NCBI GenBank assembly: GCA_951406725.2
Contig: OX597815.1
Coordinates: 214,272,001 to 214,336,000 of the forward strand
Source: Octopus vulgaris
Taxonomy: Eukaryota
Length of the DNA: 64,000 nt
Direction of reading: 5' to 3'
Below the pieces are notes generated by a model. It was not told the origin of the DNA. It saw nothing but the letters and a program-made list of their open reading frames with translations, and did not search any database. Positions within the stretch are counted from its first letter, which is position 1. The number at the start of each line of letters is the position of its first letter. Positions 1 through 13,485 of the stretch are shown one piece after another. The position numbers and the translations under genes are program-made.

Positions 1-103
1 ATGAGTGTGTTTGTTTGTTCTTTCGGAGCAATTATCGTCCCACACAAGGAATTTCGAACACGTGAAAGAAAATCTTCAACAAAAATCTAATTACAAGTAC
101 ATG

Positions 104-210
104 TAGAAGAAGAAGAAGTGGAAGAAGAAGAAGTAGAAGAAGAAGAAGAAGAAGAAGAAGAAGAAGAAGAAGAAGAAGAAGAAGAAGAAGAAGAAGAAGA
201 AGAAGAAGAA
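104..210. repeat. (GAA)n microsatellite
   Basis: Direct reading; explains the poly-L and poly-F ORFs at 32-298. Confidence 0.95.
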
Positions 211-1297
211 CTCTATCCGTACTTGTAAGTACATATGGTCGTGGAACGCTGCACAAATATGCAGGTATGGATACACATGCATCACACATGATACTCATGA
301 TGTTAATGATATCAAATATAACTATGACGCTAAATGAGACAGCATAACTATCACAATAATACCAGTAATAACTACCATAAATTTAATAGTATTTATTTTT
401 AGTGGTGATGGTATTTCTGTAAGAGGGAGGCGGTATTATCCATTCAGTCAACTAATGTTGTTGTTTTTGTTTTTGCTGCTGCTACATTAGCTGTTGTTGT
501 TGTTGCTGTTGCTGTTGTTTAGTCCCGGGTTACCCCAGACTGGGTAGGCCTAAACTAACATCAGTAGTCTGGGAGTAACCTGTTTTGGGGTTGTTTTTTT
601 TTATGGTGGGGTGTTTGTTTTTTGTCCCTTTTTTTTACATCAAGGGCTTCATTGCCTAATGCATCTTTCGTTTTTTTAAGACAGTAAACTGTGGGTTGAG
701 CTTGATCTAGCTGCTATTTCTTGAATGTTAATTACACCGTGTGAGCTCCCCCATTGACTGTAGGGCCTGCTGATAATGGTTTCCGATTTTGGTACAAGGC
801 CAGCAATTTTGAGGAGAACGAGTTGACCACTTCATCTACAGAACCTGATCTCAGTAGGATTGGAGACCAGATCGTAAAGACACGGAACAAATACTGCAAG
901 ACCTTTTGATCGGCACTCTAACGTGTTTGCCAATCCAGCACTCGTGAGAGAAAATAAGTATTCTATAAGTCAACAAGTATTAAATATTTTCTCTTAAGCG
1001 ACATATTGTCTAGAAAAGAAGGATGAGTAAAGTCAAACAATGCAATCATGGCAGGATTTGTAATCAGAATATAAAGGAGTAACAAAATATAAAAGTACTT
1101 AGCGACAGACAGCATTCTAGCGATGATGTAATGACGCTACCAAACTACGGCCCCTGTAGGGATCCTTGAGCAAGTCTCCTTCGAAATCCTGAAGCACTTA
1201 GTATAGTCTGTGTGAGGAGTTAGTGGACTTGTTAACTCTCAGTTTTTGTCCTGTAGAACTTCGGGACAAAAAGCTCGTGTAAGTGATGCGCGCGTGC

Positions 1298-1331
<34 letters not shown>

Positions 1332-1345
1332 AAGAGCGAGAGACC

Positions 1346-1383
<38 letters not shown>

Positions 1384-1874
1384 GCAATGGAGTCGACAAT
1401 CATAGCATTTTTTGAGCTAACCCACTTGAGAATTTCCTCTCTTTGGTACAAGTGAGACACTGAGACAAGTAAATATCTAAATAAAAATATATCAAACCAA
1501 CTGCTCTAGATTCCAGCTGCTGCTGACTGAATCGGCTGAAAATTCCGTCTGCTGCAAACTCCGACTGCTAATCAAACAGACTGCACTGATGTAAAAATAG
1601 TCGTAAGTACTGAATTTAAGTGGAAAACCCTGCTTTCTTGGCAAGTGATTTCTAAAAAATAGTTTTTCTTCTTTGCTATGATATTTAGATATATAGTTTT
1701 CCAAAACACTTTTAAAATAGATTCTCAGCAATATACTTTGTTTTTTGCTTTTTCTTTTCGTCTGAAGAGCAAAACTGTTGGCAATCTTTGAAAGAATTAC
1801 AAGATGTGATTAAAAATATTTGCTACCATGCATTTATTCGTTTCCAGGTATTTAAACCGTTTTGTACTGTAAAT

Positions 1875-2642
1875 CAGGGGTTCCCAACCACTGGGCCCGA
1901 AGAGCAGTACCGGGCTGTGAATCATTTGCCACCGAGATGCACAGAAAGAATATAAATTTCTAAATTTTTATTTTTTACAATATTGTATTGACTTTCGCTG
2001 CGGGTTGTTTTTGCATTATATATGTATTATTATTATGTGAAAGTGCGCCACTTAGTGGTTAGGGTATTCAGTTAACGATCATAAAGTCCTAAGTTCGATT
2101 CCCGGTGGCGCCTTGTGACCTTCAGCAAAACTCTTTATTTCACGTTGCTGCAGTCCACTCAGTTAGCAAAAATGAGTTCTACCTGTGGTTCAATGGGTCA
2201 GCCTTCTCACATTCGGTGTGTCACTCTGAATCGCCTTGAGAACCACGTAAAGGGTACGCGTGTCTGTGGAGTGCTCAACCACTTTCACGTTCATTTCACG
2301 AGCAGACTGTTCCGTTAATCAAATCGACTTGAACATTCGTTGTCGTAACCGACAGAGAGCTAGGCCATGCATTATCTGCGACATGTATAACTATCATATA
2401 TATATAATAATCCTTTCTACTATAGGCACAAGGCCTTGATTTTATGGGCAGGGGTCAGTCGATCATATCGACCCCAGGACTTCACTGGTACTTAGTTTAT
2501 CGATCCCGAAAGGATGAAAGCTAAAGTCGGCCTCAGACGAAATATATATGTAATAATAAAATTATATATTATGCACTTTATTATATTTTGTTATACGCGT
2601 GATCCCCCAGTCTGTTGGAAAATTGCCTTGCATAAAACCGGT
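1875..2642. mobile_element. Degraded hAT-like MITE containing nested SINEs
   Basis: Starts CAGGGGTTCCCAACC, a hAT/Charlie-like terminus. The right end is lost and replaced by a SINE tail at ~2643-2720. Confidence 0.4.
2041..2365 (+). mobile_element. tRNA-derived SINE with CORE-like body (family D)
   Basis: A-box-like CTTAGTGGTTAGG, B-box GTTCGATTCC, then GTGACCTTCAGCAAAACTCTTTA resembling the CORE motif. Confidence 0.65.
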
Positions 2643-3397
2643 CTTGACTAAAGGCGGTGCTCCAGCATGGCCACAGTCAAATGACTGAAACAAGTAAAGG
2701 AGTGAAGAGTAAAGAGCGTAACTGCTTCTGAGTTGTTTGGTAAAATTTGATGTAAATATTTTGTAGTTTCCATAGCAATCGTTTCATCCATCTACTGAAG
2801 TGCTATAAACACAGCATTGTTCTCTGGAAAACCTTTACGGGGACTAGCACTGTCCTCAATAACAGTTATTGTTACTTCGGTCGGTGTGGTCGAACGCCAG
2901 GTGAATTATGATAAAGCATATCTATGAGCAAAGGGTCTTCCAGCTTTGACTGCTCCGTCTTTTGTGTATCTATGACAACATCGCCCTATATATCCTTCTC
3001 TTTGTAAAATGATAAGACGTGATTTTATGAAAATTTAGTTGCTATTTCTAGCAGTTCGAACGACCACACAATGGCCCTCTCACTGGTTCGTTTCGTTGAC
3101 TTAGCGGGTCTTAGTTGCATGTTTATTACCTGTCTTCCCCATGGTGCCGCTGTGCTACTGATACTATAGAGAATCCAGCCCAGTGAACTGAACATCAACC
3201 ACATCGATTTCACCCATGTGGGAGGGACCGGAAAAAGTCACGGGGATATCCCTTCTCCCTTTTTTCTCTAATTAAAATTAAACTAGTAGTGCTGTTGTTA
3301 TTCTTACTGTCTCCAGAACCTTTTAAGTATTAACTTAATTCTATGTGTATGTATGTGTGTTGCATATATGTGTGAGTGGCGTGTGTGAAGTGTCGTA

Positions 3398-3430
<33 letters not shown>

Positions 3431-4199
3431 TAATATGATGCTTGTGTATGCGTGTGTTATTTGTATCTGTATGCTGTGGTCTCATATGATATGATGTATG
3501 TGTTGTATATAGCTGTGTATATTTGTGTAATAAGTGTAGTGTTCTTTAATATGTGATGTGTGTATTCATCATATAATGTCTGTGTGTTCGTGTGTGTCAT
3601 GTGATGATTGTATTTGCGTGTGTATGTCATGGGATATACTTGCACGTGTGCTGCGATGTCATGTGTATATACGTGCGTGAGCGTGCGTGATTGAATAGGA
3701 GTGTTTCGTATACGATTGTTATGTAATGATACACACATATTGTGACATGTACATGTGTGTGTGTGTGTGTAGTGAATAACTACATATCGGTTTATCAGAT
3801 TTTCACGGTGCGAAACCTAATATTATTATTATTATTATTATTATTATTCTATCATTTCTTATGATTCCTCGGACTCATAATGCTAGTTTCCCATTTTCCG
3901 TGGCATATAAGTGAACGGGACACTAGTCTGTTGCAGGATTCAAGACTAGCTATATTGGAGGGAAGAGACAAGTCGATTACATCAACACCAACATTTAACT
4001 GGTACTTTATTTTATCGATCCCGAAGGAATAAAAAGCATGGTTGGCATCGGTGAGATTTGAACTCAGAACTTAAAGAGCCGGCACAAATACTGCTAAGCT
4101 ACTGATTCTGCCAACTCGCAACCTTTTGGTAGGTATTTGATGACATTTAGTTATCGGTATATTACTCTGTTTCAAACTAATTAAAAGTTTTATTTATAT

Positions 4200-4340
4200 A
4201 GGAGTGGCTGTGTGGTAAGTAGCTTGCTTACCAATCACATGCTTCCGGGTTCAGTCCCACTGCGTGGCACTTCGGGCAAGTGTCTTCTACTATAGCCTTG
4301 TGAGTGGATTTGGTAGACGAAAACTGAAAGAAGCCCGTTG

Positions 4341-4389
<49 letters not shown>

Positions 4390-4592
4390 CTGTGTTTGTC
4401 CCCCCAACACCGCTTGACCACCGTTGCTGGTGTGTTTACGTCCTCATAACTTAGCAGTTCGGCATGAGAGACCGATAGAATAAGTACTAGGCTTACAGAT
4501 AATAAGTCCTGGGGTCGATTTGCTCGACTAAAGGTGGTGCTCCAGCATGGCCGCAGTCAAATGACTGAAACAAGTAAAAGAGTAAAAGAGAT
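4200..4592 (+). mobile_element. tRNA-derived SINE family B (internal microsatellite, LINE-like 3' tail)
   Basis: Head GGAGTGGCTGTGTGGTAAGTAGCTTGC...GGTTCAGTCCC, central (TA)/(TG) tract, tail GGTGCTCCAGCATGGCCGCAGTCAAATGACTGAAACAAG. Many further copies in the window. Confidence 0.85.
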
Positions 4593-4679
4593 TCCCTATG
4601 GCAGATAAAAAGAAATGAAAAGACGGCCAGTCATTGTTGCCGCATGGGCGAAACTCAGCGACATTATATCCTTTGTCTT

Positions 4680-4810
4680 TTACATGTTTCAGTCACAAGA
4701 CTGCGGCCATGCTGGGGCACTAGAAGTATTTTAGTCGAACGACTCGACACCAGTACTTAAATTTTTTCGGCATGACGCATAAACACCAGCTCTCAAGCGG
4801 TACGGGGGAT

Positions 4811-4857
<47 letters not shown>

Positions 4858-5035
4858 TGCACACATATATATATATAGATAGATATATGTGACAGGTTTC
4901 TTTCAGTTTCCGTCTACAAAATCCACTTACTAGGCTTTGATCGGCTCGAGGCTATTGTGGAAGACTCTTGGCCAAAGTGTCATGCAGTGGGACTGAACTT
5001 AGTACCATTTCGTTCGGAAGCAAACTTCTTACCAT
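4680..5035 (-). mobile_element. SINE family B copy
   Basis: Diverged reverse complement of the 4200-4592 element. Confidence 0.75.
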
Positions 5036-5544
5036 CTATATTGCTAAAAATATGAGTCAGAGACTCTTAATGCGCTCTTCTTACAACTTTAAGAGTATTT
5101 AACTCTTATTTCTAGTAATATAGGTACTTTGGCACCCCCAAGCACATTTAGTGACGATAAAATTTTCCATCTATCTATCACTCAATCAATCTGTGTGTTT
5201 GTGTGTGTGTCATCCGTAGGCATGTCAGTGTAATAAGAAGTGTCTCTTCCCCAAAACATGGTTTCTGAATGAGGTCCACTGAGCAAGTATTTGATTTGTT
5301 TATGCCGTCATAACTTTGCAGTTCGGCAAAGGTAACCAGTAAAATAAGAACTGGACTTTTAAAAATTGGCACTGGGGTCGATTTGCTTGTCTAAAGCCTT
5401 CAAGGAGATGCCCCAGCACGACCGCAATCAAAATGGCTCTAAGAAGTAAAAGATGAAAACTGAAAGATATATATTCATCATTGGCGTTATGTTTTGTGAT
5501 CACAAGCAAAATTATATAGTCATCAATACATACATACACATTAT

Positions 5545-5926
<382 letters not shown>

Positions 5927-6190
5927 CTTTCAGTATTATTTGTTCAAATATCACATTCTTGCAGAGGGATGAAAGAAATTCTAGTCAATTTCCTTGTAAT
6001 TAGTTTTCTGGTATAGATTTTCTCTCACATGTTTGAAATTTCTTGTGTGAAAAGAAGTTTCATACAGGAGTGTGTGTGTGTGGGGGGGAGGGAGTCTGTG
6101 TCTCTGTGTATCTGTGCGCATGAACACGCATCTCTCCTCCTCTCTCTCTTTCTCTTTCTGTAGATATATATATATATTCCTTTAGACAAG

Positions 6191-6192
<2 letters not shown>

Positions 6193-6277
<85 letters not shown>

Positions 6278-6293
6278 TATATGTATGTATATA

Positions 6294-6373
<80 letters not shown>

Positions 6374-6387
6374 CATATATATATATG

Positions 6388-6422
<35 letters not shown>

Positions 6423-6465
6423 TTATATATATATATATATATATATGTATTTATATATATATATG

Positions 6466-6500
<35 letters not shown>
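6193..6500. repeat. Long imperfect (TA)n microsatellite
   Basis: Direct reading; source of the YIYI ORFs. Confidence 0.95.
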
Positions 6501-6501
<1 letters not shown>

Positions 6502-6570
6502 ACCTGTCTTCGTCTTTTGTTTTTTTTGGTGAATTCTCCATTCTATATGTGTGTGTGTGTGTGTGTGTGT

Positions 6571-6850
6571 GGAGGCGCAATGGCCCAGTAGTTAGGGCAG
6601 TGGACTCGCGGTCGTAAGATCGCGGTTTCGATTCCCAGGGGGTTTCTTGAGAGAAAGCACATAAAGCTCCACGAGGCTCCGGCAGGGGGTGGTGGCGTTC
6701 CCTGCTGTGCTCTTTCGCTGCAACTTTCTGCCAATCTTTCTTCTGTTGGCCTGCTCGCTTAGCCAGCGGGGTTGCGTCATTTGAACGCTAAAGCAATGCG
6801 CTTCGCATTGTGACCAGCGATGCGTAGCAACATCTGATAGCCTGGTCGGT

Positions 6851-6857
<7 letters not shown>
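6571..6857 (+). mobile_element. tRNA-derived SINE family C (internally deleted)
   Basis: Head GGAGGCGCAATGGCCCAGTAGTTAGGGCAG...GTTTCGATTCCC; 3' end GGTCGGTCACGTGA followed by (TA)n. Homologous to 29088-29585. Confidence 0.8.
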
Positions 6858-6883
<26 letters not shown>

Positions 6884-7074
6884 CGTATTCATATTTGTGT
6901 ATGGATGTTTATCCATTGAGATATATGTTTGTGCACTTGTACATACATATACGCACACACTCATGAGAACGTACAAACACACACACACACACATACATAC
7001 ATACATACATACATACATACATACATACATACATACATACATACATACATGCATGCATACATACACACATACAT

Positions 7075-7105
<31 letters not shown>

Positions 7106-7868
7106 TATATATATGTATGTATATGTGTGTATGTATGTACATAAACACACATACATACACAGGTATAGTTATCAAAGCAAGCAAATGAAAATGTACATTT
7201 GATCCGCTCGGATATATCCAACTAGACGCACTTACCTGCAACACTATTTAAAATCATATATGTGTCTGAGCACCGCTCACTTGCGTACAAACTTAATGTT
7301 TGTGTTTGTATGTGTGTGTGCGTGTGCTTAAGAATAATGTGTTAAGTTTCTAAGTTTCTATACTTGTGTTGTGTTATTAACAGGAAATATTTATTTGAAA
7401 TAGTTTCTTTCTGAGTTCACTTCTTGGTTTGATAAAAGAGAGACGGAACTTCGTTAGTCGCCTGCCCGTTTAACTACGGAATGGAATGCATTAGAATAGC
7501 ATTCTGCTTTTTTAGCTGGATTCAGTTGAAAGCTTGAAGTACTTGACATTCAGTAGTTGAACAGTTCCGGTATATCATCACAAGCGTACTTATACATACG
7601 TAAATTACATACATCCATCATACACATATACATACATATATACTTGCACGCGCATGCACACGCACATATTGTTGACGTAAGAATTTATAACCTTCCGGAG
7701 AATGTGAAATAGGCGGTGCTCCATCATGGCCCTAGCCTTTTACTGGAACCAGTTAAAGGTAAGAGATAAAAGATAATTTCCTTTTTGGAACTGTGGATCT
7801 CGAAACAGACAAAGCTATGCATAACAGCGTGTAAATTTTGGGTTTAAAATGATCCCTTGGATATATAA

Positions 7869-7925
<57 letters not shown>

Positions 7926-8091
7926 GAGAAAGACAGTAGGACAGAGAGAAGGGGAAGAGAAGTATTCAAAGAGACAGACAGGCAGGTGAACAGACGGACG
8001 GATGCGCAGATAAAGAGATGTCTAGCAGAAGATAGAGAGATAGAGAGAGGGTGAGACAAAGAGAGAGAGAGAGAGAGTGAGAGAGAGAAAG

Positions 8092-8129
<38 letters not shown>

Positions 8130-8601
8130 AGAGCACACGGTAGTCTTTAGACATCTATGTTGATATGACTAAGTATCACCTGCTCCCCAATTTCCGATAG
8201 CTGACCTTTCAAGGTTGTTAGACTGACTCTCAGAATTTCATGTCCTCTTAAAGGCTTGAAAATACTTCAGCTTTGAACAGTTGTTGAATCATTAGTAAAC
8301 CAAGTGTGCTCTACAGAACAATACATACATATATAAGCGAGAATATGTGCATGTGTACATGTGTGTGTGTGTGTGTTGTACACACGAAGTACATATATAC
8401 ACACATAGTGGTTAGCTCGGTGACTGTTTATTTCTTGGGGCGACATAAACTTTGTTGTGGAGATTTCGCCCTAATGACTAGTTGTGCTGAGGAGAGTTCG
8501 TTATGAAAGACTAACATAAGGAATTTCAGCTAGTTAATAAATGTATGTAGCCTATATTCTACATATTCCACTCCTTATAAATTTTGGATTACATATACAT
8601 A

Positions 8602-8660
<59 letters not shown>

Positions 8661-8666
<6 letters not shown>

Positions 8667-10112
8667 GAAATATTAAAATAACTAAGTCTCTCTAAAAGAG
8701 AACAGCGGCAGCGTTCCCGGAAAATAATAGTTATCGCCATACTAATATGGCATTCTTATAAAAATAAGAAAAAAGCTGTCCGCTTATTAGCTCCATGAGG
8801 CCATCGCCTTAAGTTAGCTATTTGATACACAAACTGTATCCATATAACCTTCGAACAAGGGAGGTCAGTCGCTCCACACTACTTGACCGGCAGCTACAGA
8901 CGCGTTTCAGGGTATTGCCCCTTTTCAATGCAGCGTAGCCAGCCAGTAGGTGTCGCTTCCGACAATCTCTGTTCGATGGTTTTATTTACCTAGTTTCGGT
9001 GGAATACATCCACTTGTTTTCAATAATAGAAATATTAAAATAACTAAGTCTCTCTAAAAGAGAACAGCGGCAGCGTTCCCGGAAAATAATAGTTATCGCC
9101 ATACTAATATGGCATTCTTATAAAAATAAGAAAAAAGCTGTCCGCTTATTAGCTCCATGAGGCCATCGCCTTAAGTTAGCTATTTGATACACAAACTGTA
9201 TCCATATAACCTTCGAACAAGGGAGGTCAGTCGCTCCACACTACTTGACCGGCAGCTACAGACGCGTTTCAGGGTATTGCCCCTTTTCAATGCAGCGTAG
9301 CCAGCCAGTAGGTGTCGCTTCCGACAATCTCTGTTCGATGGTTTTATTTACCTAGTTTCGGTGGAATACATCCACTTGTTTTCAATAATAGAAATATTAA
9401 AATAACTAAGTCTCTCTAAAAGAGAACAGCGGCAGCGTTCCCGGAAAATAATAGTTATCGCCATACTAATATGGCATTCTTATAAAAATAAGAAAAAAGC
9501 TGTCCGCTTATTAGCTCCATGAGGCCATCGCCTTAAGTTAGCTATTTGATACACAAACTGTATCCATATAACCTTCGAACAAGGGAGGTCAGTCGCTCCA
9601 CACTACTTGACCGGCAGCTACAGACGCGTTTCAGGGTATTGCCCCTTTTCAATGCAGCGTAGCCAGCCAGTAGGTGTCGCTTCCGACAATCTCTGTTCGA
9701 TGGTTTTATTTACCTAGTTTCGGTGGAATACATATTAGTATGGCGATAACTATTATTTTCCGGGAACGCTGCCGCTGTTCTCTTTTAGAGAGACTTAGTT
9801 ATTTTAATATTTCTATTATTGAAAACAAGTGGATGTATTCCACCGAAACTAGGTAAATAAAACCATCGAACAGAGATTGTCGGAAGCGACACCTACTGGC
9901 TGGCTACGCTGCATTGAAAAGGGGCAATACCCTGAAACGCGTCTGTAGCTGCCGGTCAAGTAGTGTGGAGCGACTGACCTCCCTTGTTCGAAGGTTATAT
10001 GGATACAGTTTGTGTATCAAATAGCTAACTTAAGGCGATGGCCTCATGGAGCTAATAAGCGGACAGCTTTTTTCTTATTTTTATAAGAATGCCATATTAG
10101 TATGGCGATAAC

Positions 10113-10118
<6 letters not shown>
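8661..10118. repeat. 362-bp tandem array (about 3 direct units) plus about 1.07 inverted unit; Penelope pLTR / non-LTR retrozyme-like
   Basis: Units start at 8661, 9023 and 9385 and look identical. Inversion at ~9731-9733 with CAT microhomology. (TA)n flanks both sides. Confidence 0.9.
9908..9949 (+). ncRNA. Minimal type I hammerhead ribozyme, U3-A8 core variant (minus-strand copies at 8893-8934, 9255-9296, 9617-9658)
   Basis: GCTGCA-TTGAAAA-GGGG caata CCCT-GAAA-CGCGTC-TGTAGC: stem I GCTGCA/TGTAGC, stem II, GAAA, palindromic ACGCGT stem III, GUC cleavage site. Confidence 0.75.
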
Positions 10119-10148
<30 letters not shown>

Positions 10149-10151
<3 letters not shown>

Positions 10152-10470
10152 ATTGCAGCGTGGAAGGTGTTTATAAGCCATTTAAAAAACGCACAAAAAC
10201 CGTTAAATTCACTTCAACATTTAAATTTAATCTGCCAAAATATTTTCGTCGCTTTGTGACCGCGACCTGATCACAGATAAAATTCCGTGCAGCACGTGAT
10301 CAAAGCGACGAAAATATTTTGGCAGATTAAATTTAAATGTTGAAATGAATCTAACGGTTTTTGTGTGTTTTTTAAATGGCTTATAAATACCTTCCACGCT
10401 GCAATTGTTTTTGTTTCAGCACACGATCTGAGATCAGGTCACTTGCTATGCAAGTACATCTCCGTAATAT
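10149..10470. mobile_element. Penelope-like terminal fragment with ~108-bp inverted repeat
   Basis: 10149-10257 is the near-perfect reverse complement of 10301-10408. Confidence 0.6.
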
Positions 10471-10764
10471 ATACACCTAACTGAGAGCAAGCCAGCAAAC
10501 GTTTGGAGTAATCCCTGACTATTTACAAACACACACACACGCATATATGTTTATACATATGTTGTGTATTTGATTCTAATTGACTGTTTGGAAACACACG
10601 GCACGCTACAAAGCTTTTCTGACCATCTTGTTTTCACAGCAGGAAACTAATTGCTCGAGTTTAAATCCTGCGTATATTAAATGATATTCATCTCTCACTA
10701 GCGTACTTTCCTTGTTGTTCCCGACAATAAAGGAGTGGAACAACATACAGCTTGTGTGTTTGTG

Positions 10765-10972
10765 TACGAGGTAGGTACTGGAAAGTTCCTGACTCTAGGT
10801 TCAAGAAAATACAAATGCATCAGATATTTTATTCAACATTTTCCCCTCTCACATTCACATACTAATTGCAGCGGACCCTCAATTTTTCTAAGTCCTGTAA
10901 AAGAACTTGGAATGTTGGGCATCCAAGCAGGCCTTTCGCGACACCCTTAAAGCCAGGAACTTTTCATCCCCC

Positions 10973-10976
<4 letters not shown>
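10765..10976. mobile_element. Mariner-type MITE
   Basis: Imperfect TIRs TACGAG...GAAAGTTCCTGACT and AGCCAGGAACTTTTC...CGTA. Homologues at ~36945-37300 and 41464-41684. Confidence 0.6.
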
Positions 10977-10999
<23 letters not shown>

Positions 11000-11004
<5 letters not shown>

Positions 11005-11828
11005 TATGTATGTTGGAAATTCTATCAGTGCGTGTGTTTGTAGAGTTGTTACCTAACTCCTCCTACATCGTTTTATCGATTTTCATGAAACTTGACACAT
11101 GAGTAGAGTTCATGTCTGGAAACCTCATGACATACTCAGATTGTTGAAAAATGTCGATAATAGGGCTCCTGGGAAGAATCCGTATATATAGCTAAGGTAA
11201 ATAAACCCTTTCATTTTCCTAAATTATTTGGTATAAATCAAATTGAGCATGCTTATTTCTTAGTATTTGAACTGTTCGATTTATTTTCACATTTTATCCA
11301 GTACAACCTTTAAACAAGTAAATAGTATTTTCCTAAACAATAGATCCACTTATTTCGCTTAGTGACTTATTATCCTGAGGGTAATATTCTCTGGGAACAC
11401 ACAAAAGCCATTTTCAGAGTTATTTACTTTGAATTGTTATTATCTCATATCTGATTAGCTTGAAATTACGTAACAAGCTTCACGATTTTAGTATATATAC
11501 CTTATTAGTATTTCCTCCAATTTCTATATACTCTGGGAATGCATTACAGCCCTTTTCGGGGCTACTTTATTTGAATTTATACTATCGGGTAACTAATTTC
11601 ATTTTTATTATGTAACTGACTTCACAATTTGGGTATTCATAACTTAGTTGGAATTTCTAAAGACAAGATCCTGTATAAGACAGTTCGGTATTCTCTGTAG
11701 ATGCACAAAAACTGTTTTAAGGGCTACAAATTTTGTATTGTTGTTACTGGATTAGCGAAATAATTATGAGAACGGAACCAAGGGATAAGCCCTGCTTTCC
11801 CGGGAATTACCGGGTACGTCAGCTAATA
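11000..11828. mobile_element. Non-autonomous Helentron-associated (HINE/DINE-like) element
   Basis: Terminal CCCGGGAATTACCGGGTACGTCAGCTAAT hairpin and end motif, mirroring the start of 12149-12688; set within (TA)n. Confidence 0.45.
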
Positions 11829-11836
11829 TATATATA

Positions 11837-11894
<58 letters not shown>

Positions 11895-11895
11895 G

Positions 11896-11946
<51 letters not shown>

Positions 11947-12148
11947 ATGTAAGATCCAAGATTGATATAATCATCCATGTGTTAACATGTATCTCCTTGC
12001 CACAATGCAAACTTTCGTTTAATCAAGACACCCTTGGCCTGACGAATAGCCTGCGGTATTCACCTCAATTGGATATTTATCACAATTACAAACACTATTA
12101 CAAGTTTTTCAAATTCAGGTGCATTTTCAACAACAAATTTATATATAT

Positions 12149-12688
12149 ACTAGCAGTATCGCCCGGCGTTGCTCGGGTTTGTAAGGGAAATAACTATATA
12201 AGCATTTTTAGAGAGTTACTTCCCTTATATAATAGCGAAAAAATGCATTAAAATGGAAAAAAACGATGGTAAATTTTTTTTAAATCGTAGACTCATGTAG
12301 ACGCTTTCTTAGCCATTTCTGTTTTGGTGTCTTCAAGCCATGAAGTCGTTGTTCTAAAAGAACACTGGTCTCCTTGACAACGCATTACGACGTTGATTTC
12401 CTTACACTCCCTTCCCCACAGGTGCAGGTGTGAGCGTGGACGCCAACTCCGCCGCCATCGACACACGAAAAATTATGCATTAAAATGGAATAAAAAATGA
12501 TGTTAAATTATTTTTAAAATCGTAGACTCATCGTAGACGCGCGCTAATACTCAGACGAGCTCGATATGAATCACGACTATAAGCTACCCGAATTTGGTTA
12601 AACTGCACCGCAAAATGTGGGAGTAGTTAGGAATCTAAATGGAAGGGGACAGACACTCACACAACTACAGTTTTATATATATAGATAT
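12149..12688. mobile_element. Non-autonomous Helentron-associated (HINE/DINE-like) element
   Basis: Begins ACTAGCAGTATCGCCCGGCGTTGCTCGGG (subterminal hairpin) and ends TTTTATATATATAGAT. Internal ~65-bp duplication at 12241 and 12475. Confidence 0.55.
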
Positions 12689-12759
12689 ACATAGCGCAGT
12701 AGTGGTGAGATGTGACAGCAAAGAAAAGCATACATTCACTCTCTGCATGCAATTAGACT

Positions 12760-13085
12760 CGGAAAGTTCGTGAGGAACCCATTGACCGAATTTGCTGACT
12801 TTTCCGATAGCACACAGGTCTCAATGAATGGTTGAATGACCAAATCCAAGCTTCTCTGCTAGTTCCTCAACAGTTACGATGAGATTTTGTTCCACCAGGG
12901 TTTTCAGGATGTCCTTGTCGAGTTCTACAGATCTTTCAGGATGAGGCTCGTCTTCTAGGCTGTAGTTTATGGCTCGGGATTTCTGGAACCACCATTGACA
13001 CTGCCTTACGCTTATTGTCCAATCCCCATATACTGCATTAATATTTCTTGTACTTTGCACACATTTATATTCTGTTATTCTTTTA
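12760..13085 (-). pseudogene. Mariner transposase N-terminal HTH fragment
   Basis: Translation ...NINAVYGDWTISVRQCQWWFQK...SLEDEPHPER...VEELAEKLG...STIH matches the mariner DNA-binding region. Confidence 0.75.
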
Positions 13086-13309
13086 TATGTTTCAGCCTTG
13101 AGGTTGTGGCCATGCTGGATCATGTGTGTGTGTGTGTGTGTGTGTATCTATCTGTCTGTCTGTCTGTATGTATATATGTATATGTATGTGTGTGAACAAT
13201 AATATTTTCAACAGATGTGTTGCAAATGTATCTGATTGTTCTCAAGCTTCAATACTGTGTGTGTGTGTATGTGTGTGTGTATGTATGTATGTATATGTAT
13301 GTATGTATG

Positions 13310-13341
<32 letters not shown>

Positions 13342-13387
13342 TGTATGTGTGTATGTATGTATGTGTGTGTATGTATGTGTGTGTGTA

Positions 13388-13418
<31 letters not shown>

Positions 13419-13485
13419 ATGTATGTATGTATGTATGTATGTATGTATGTATGTATGTATGTATGAGTGTATGTTTACTTTATTA

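Noticed and set aside
6571-6640. Possible tRNA gene (also the heads at 2041, 4200 and 40799)
   Set aside because: A/B boxes are present, but the acceptor stem does not close and the sequence continues into repeated SINE bodies.
6025-7244. Many overlapping ORFs rich in YI, CV, HT and MYVC
   Set aside because: Translations of (TA)n, (TG)n and (TATG)n microsatellites. The same applies at 13126-13512, 28122-29005, 44793-45766, 57402-58410 and 61494-61842.
8661-9733. Possible CRISPR array or centromeric satellite
   Set aside because: Whole units repeat with no unique spacers and no cas genes. The context is eukaryotic, copy number is low, and the hammerhead explains it better.
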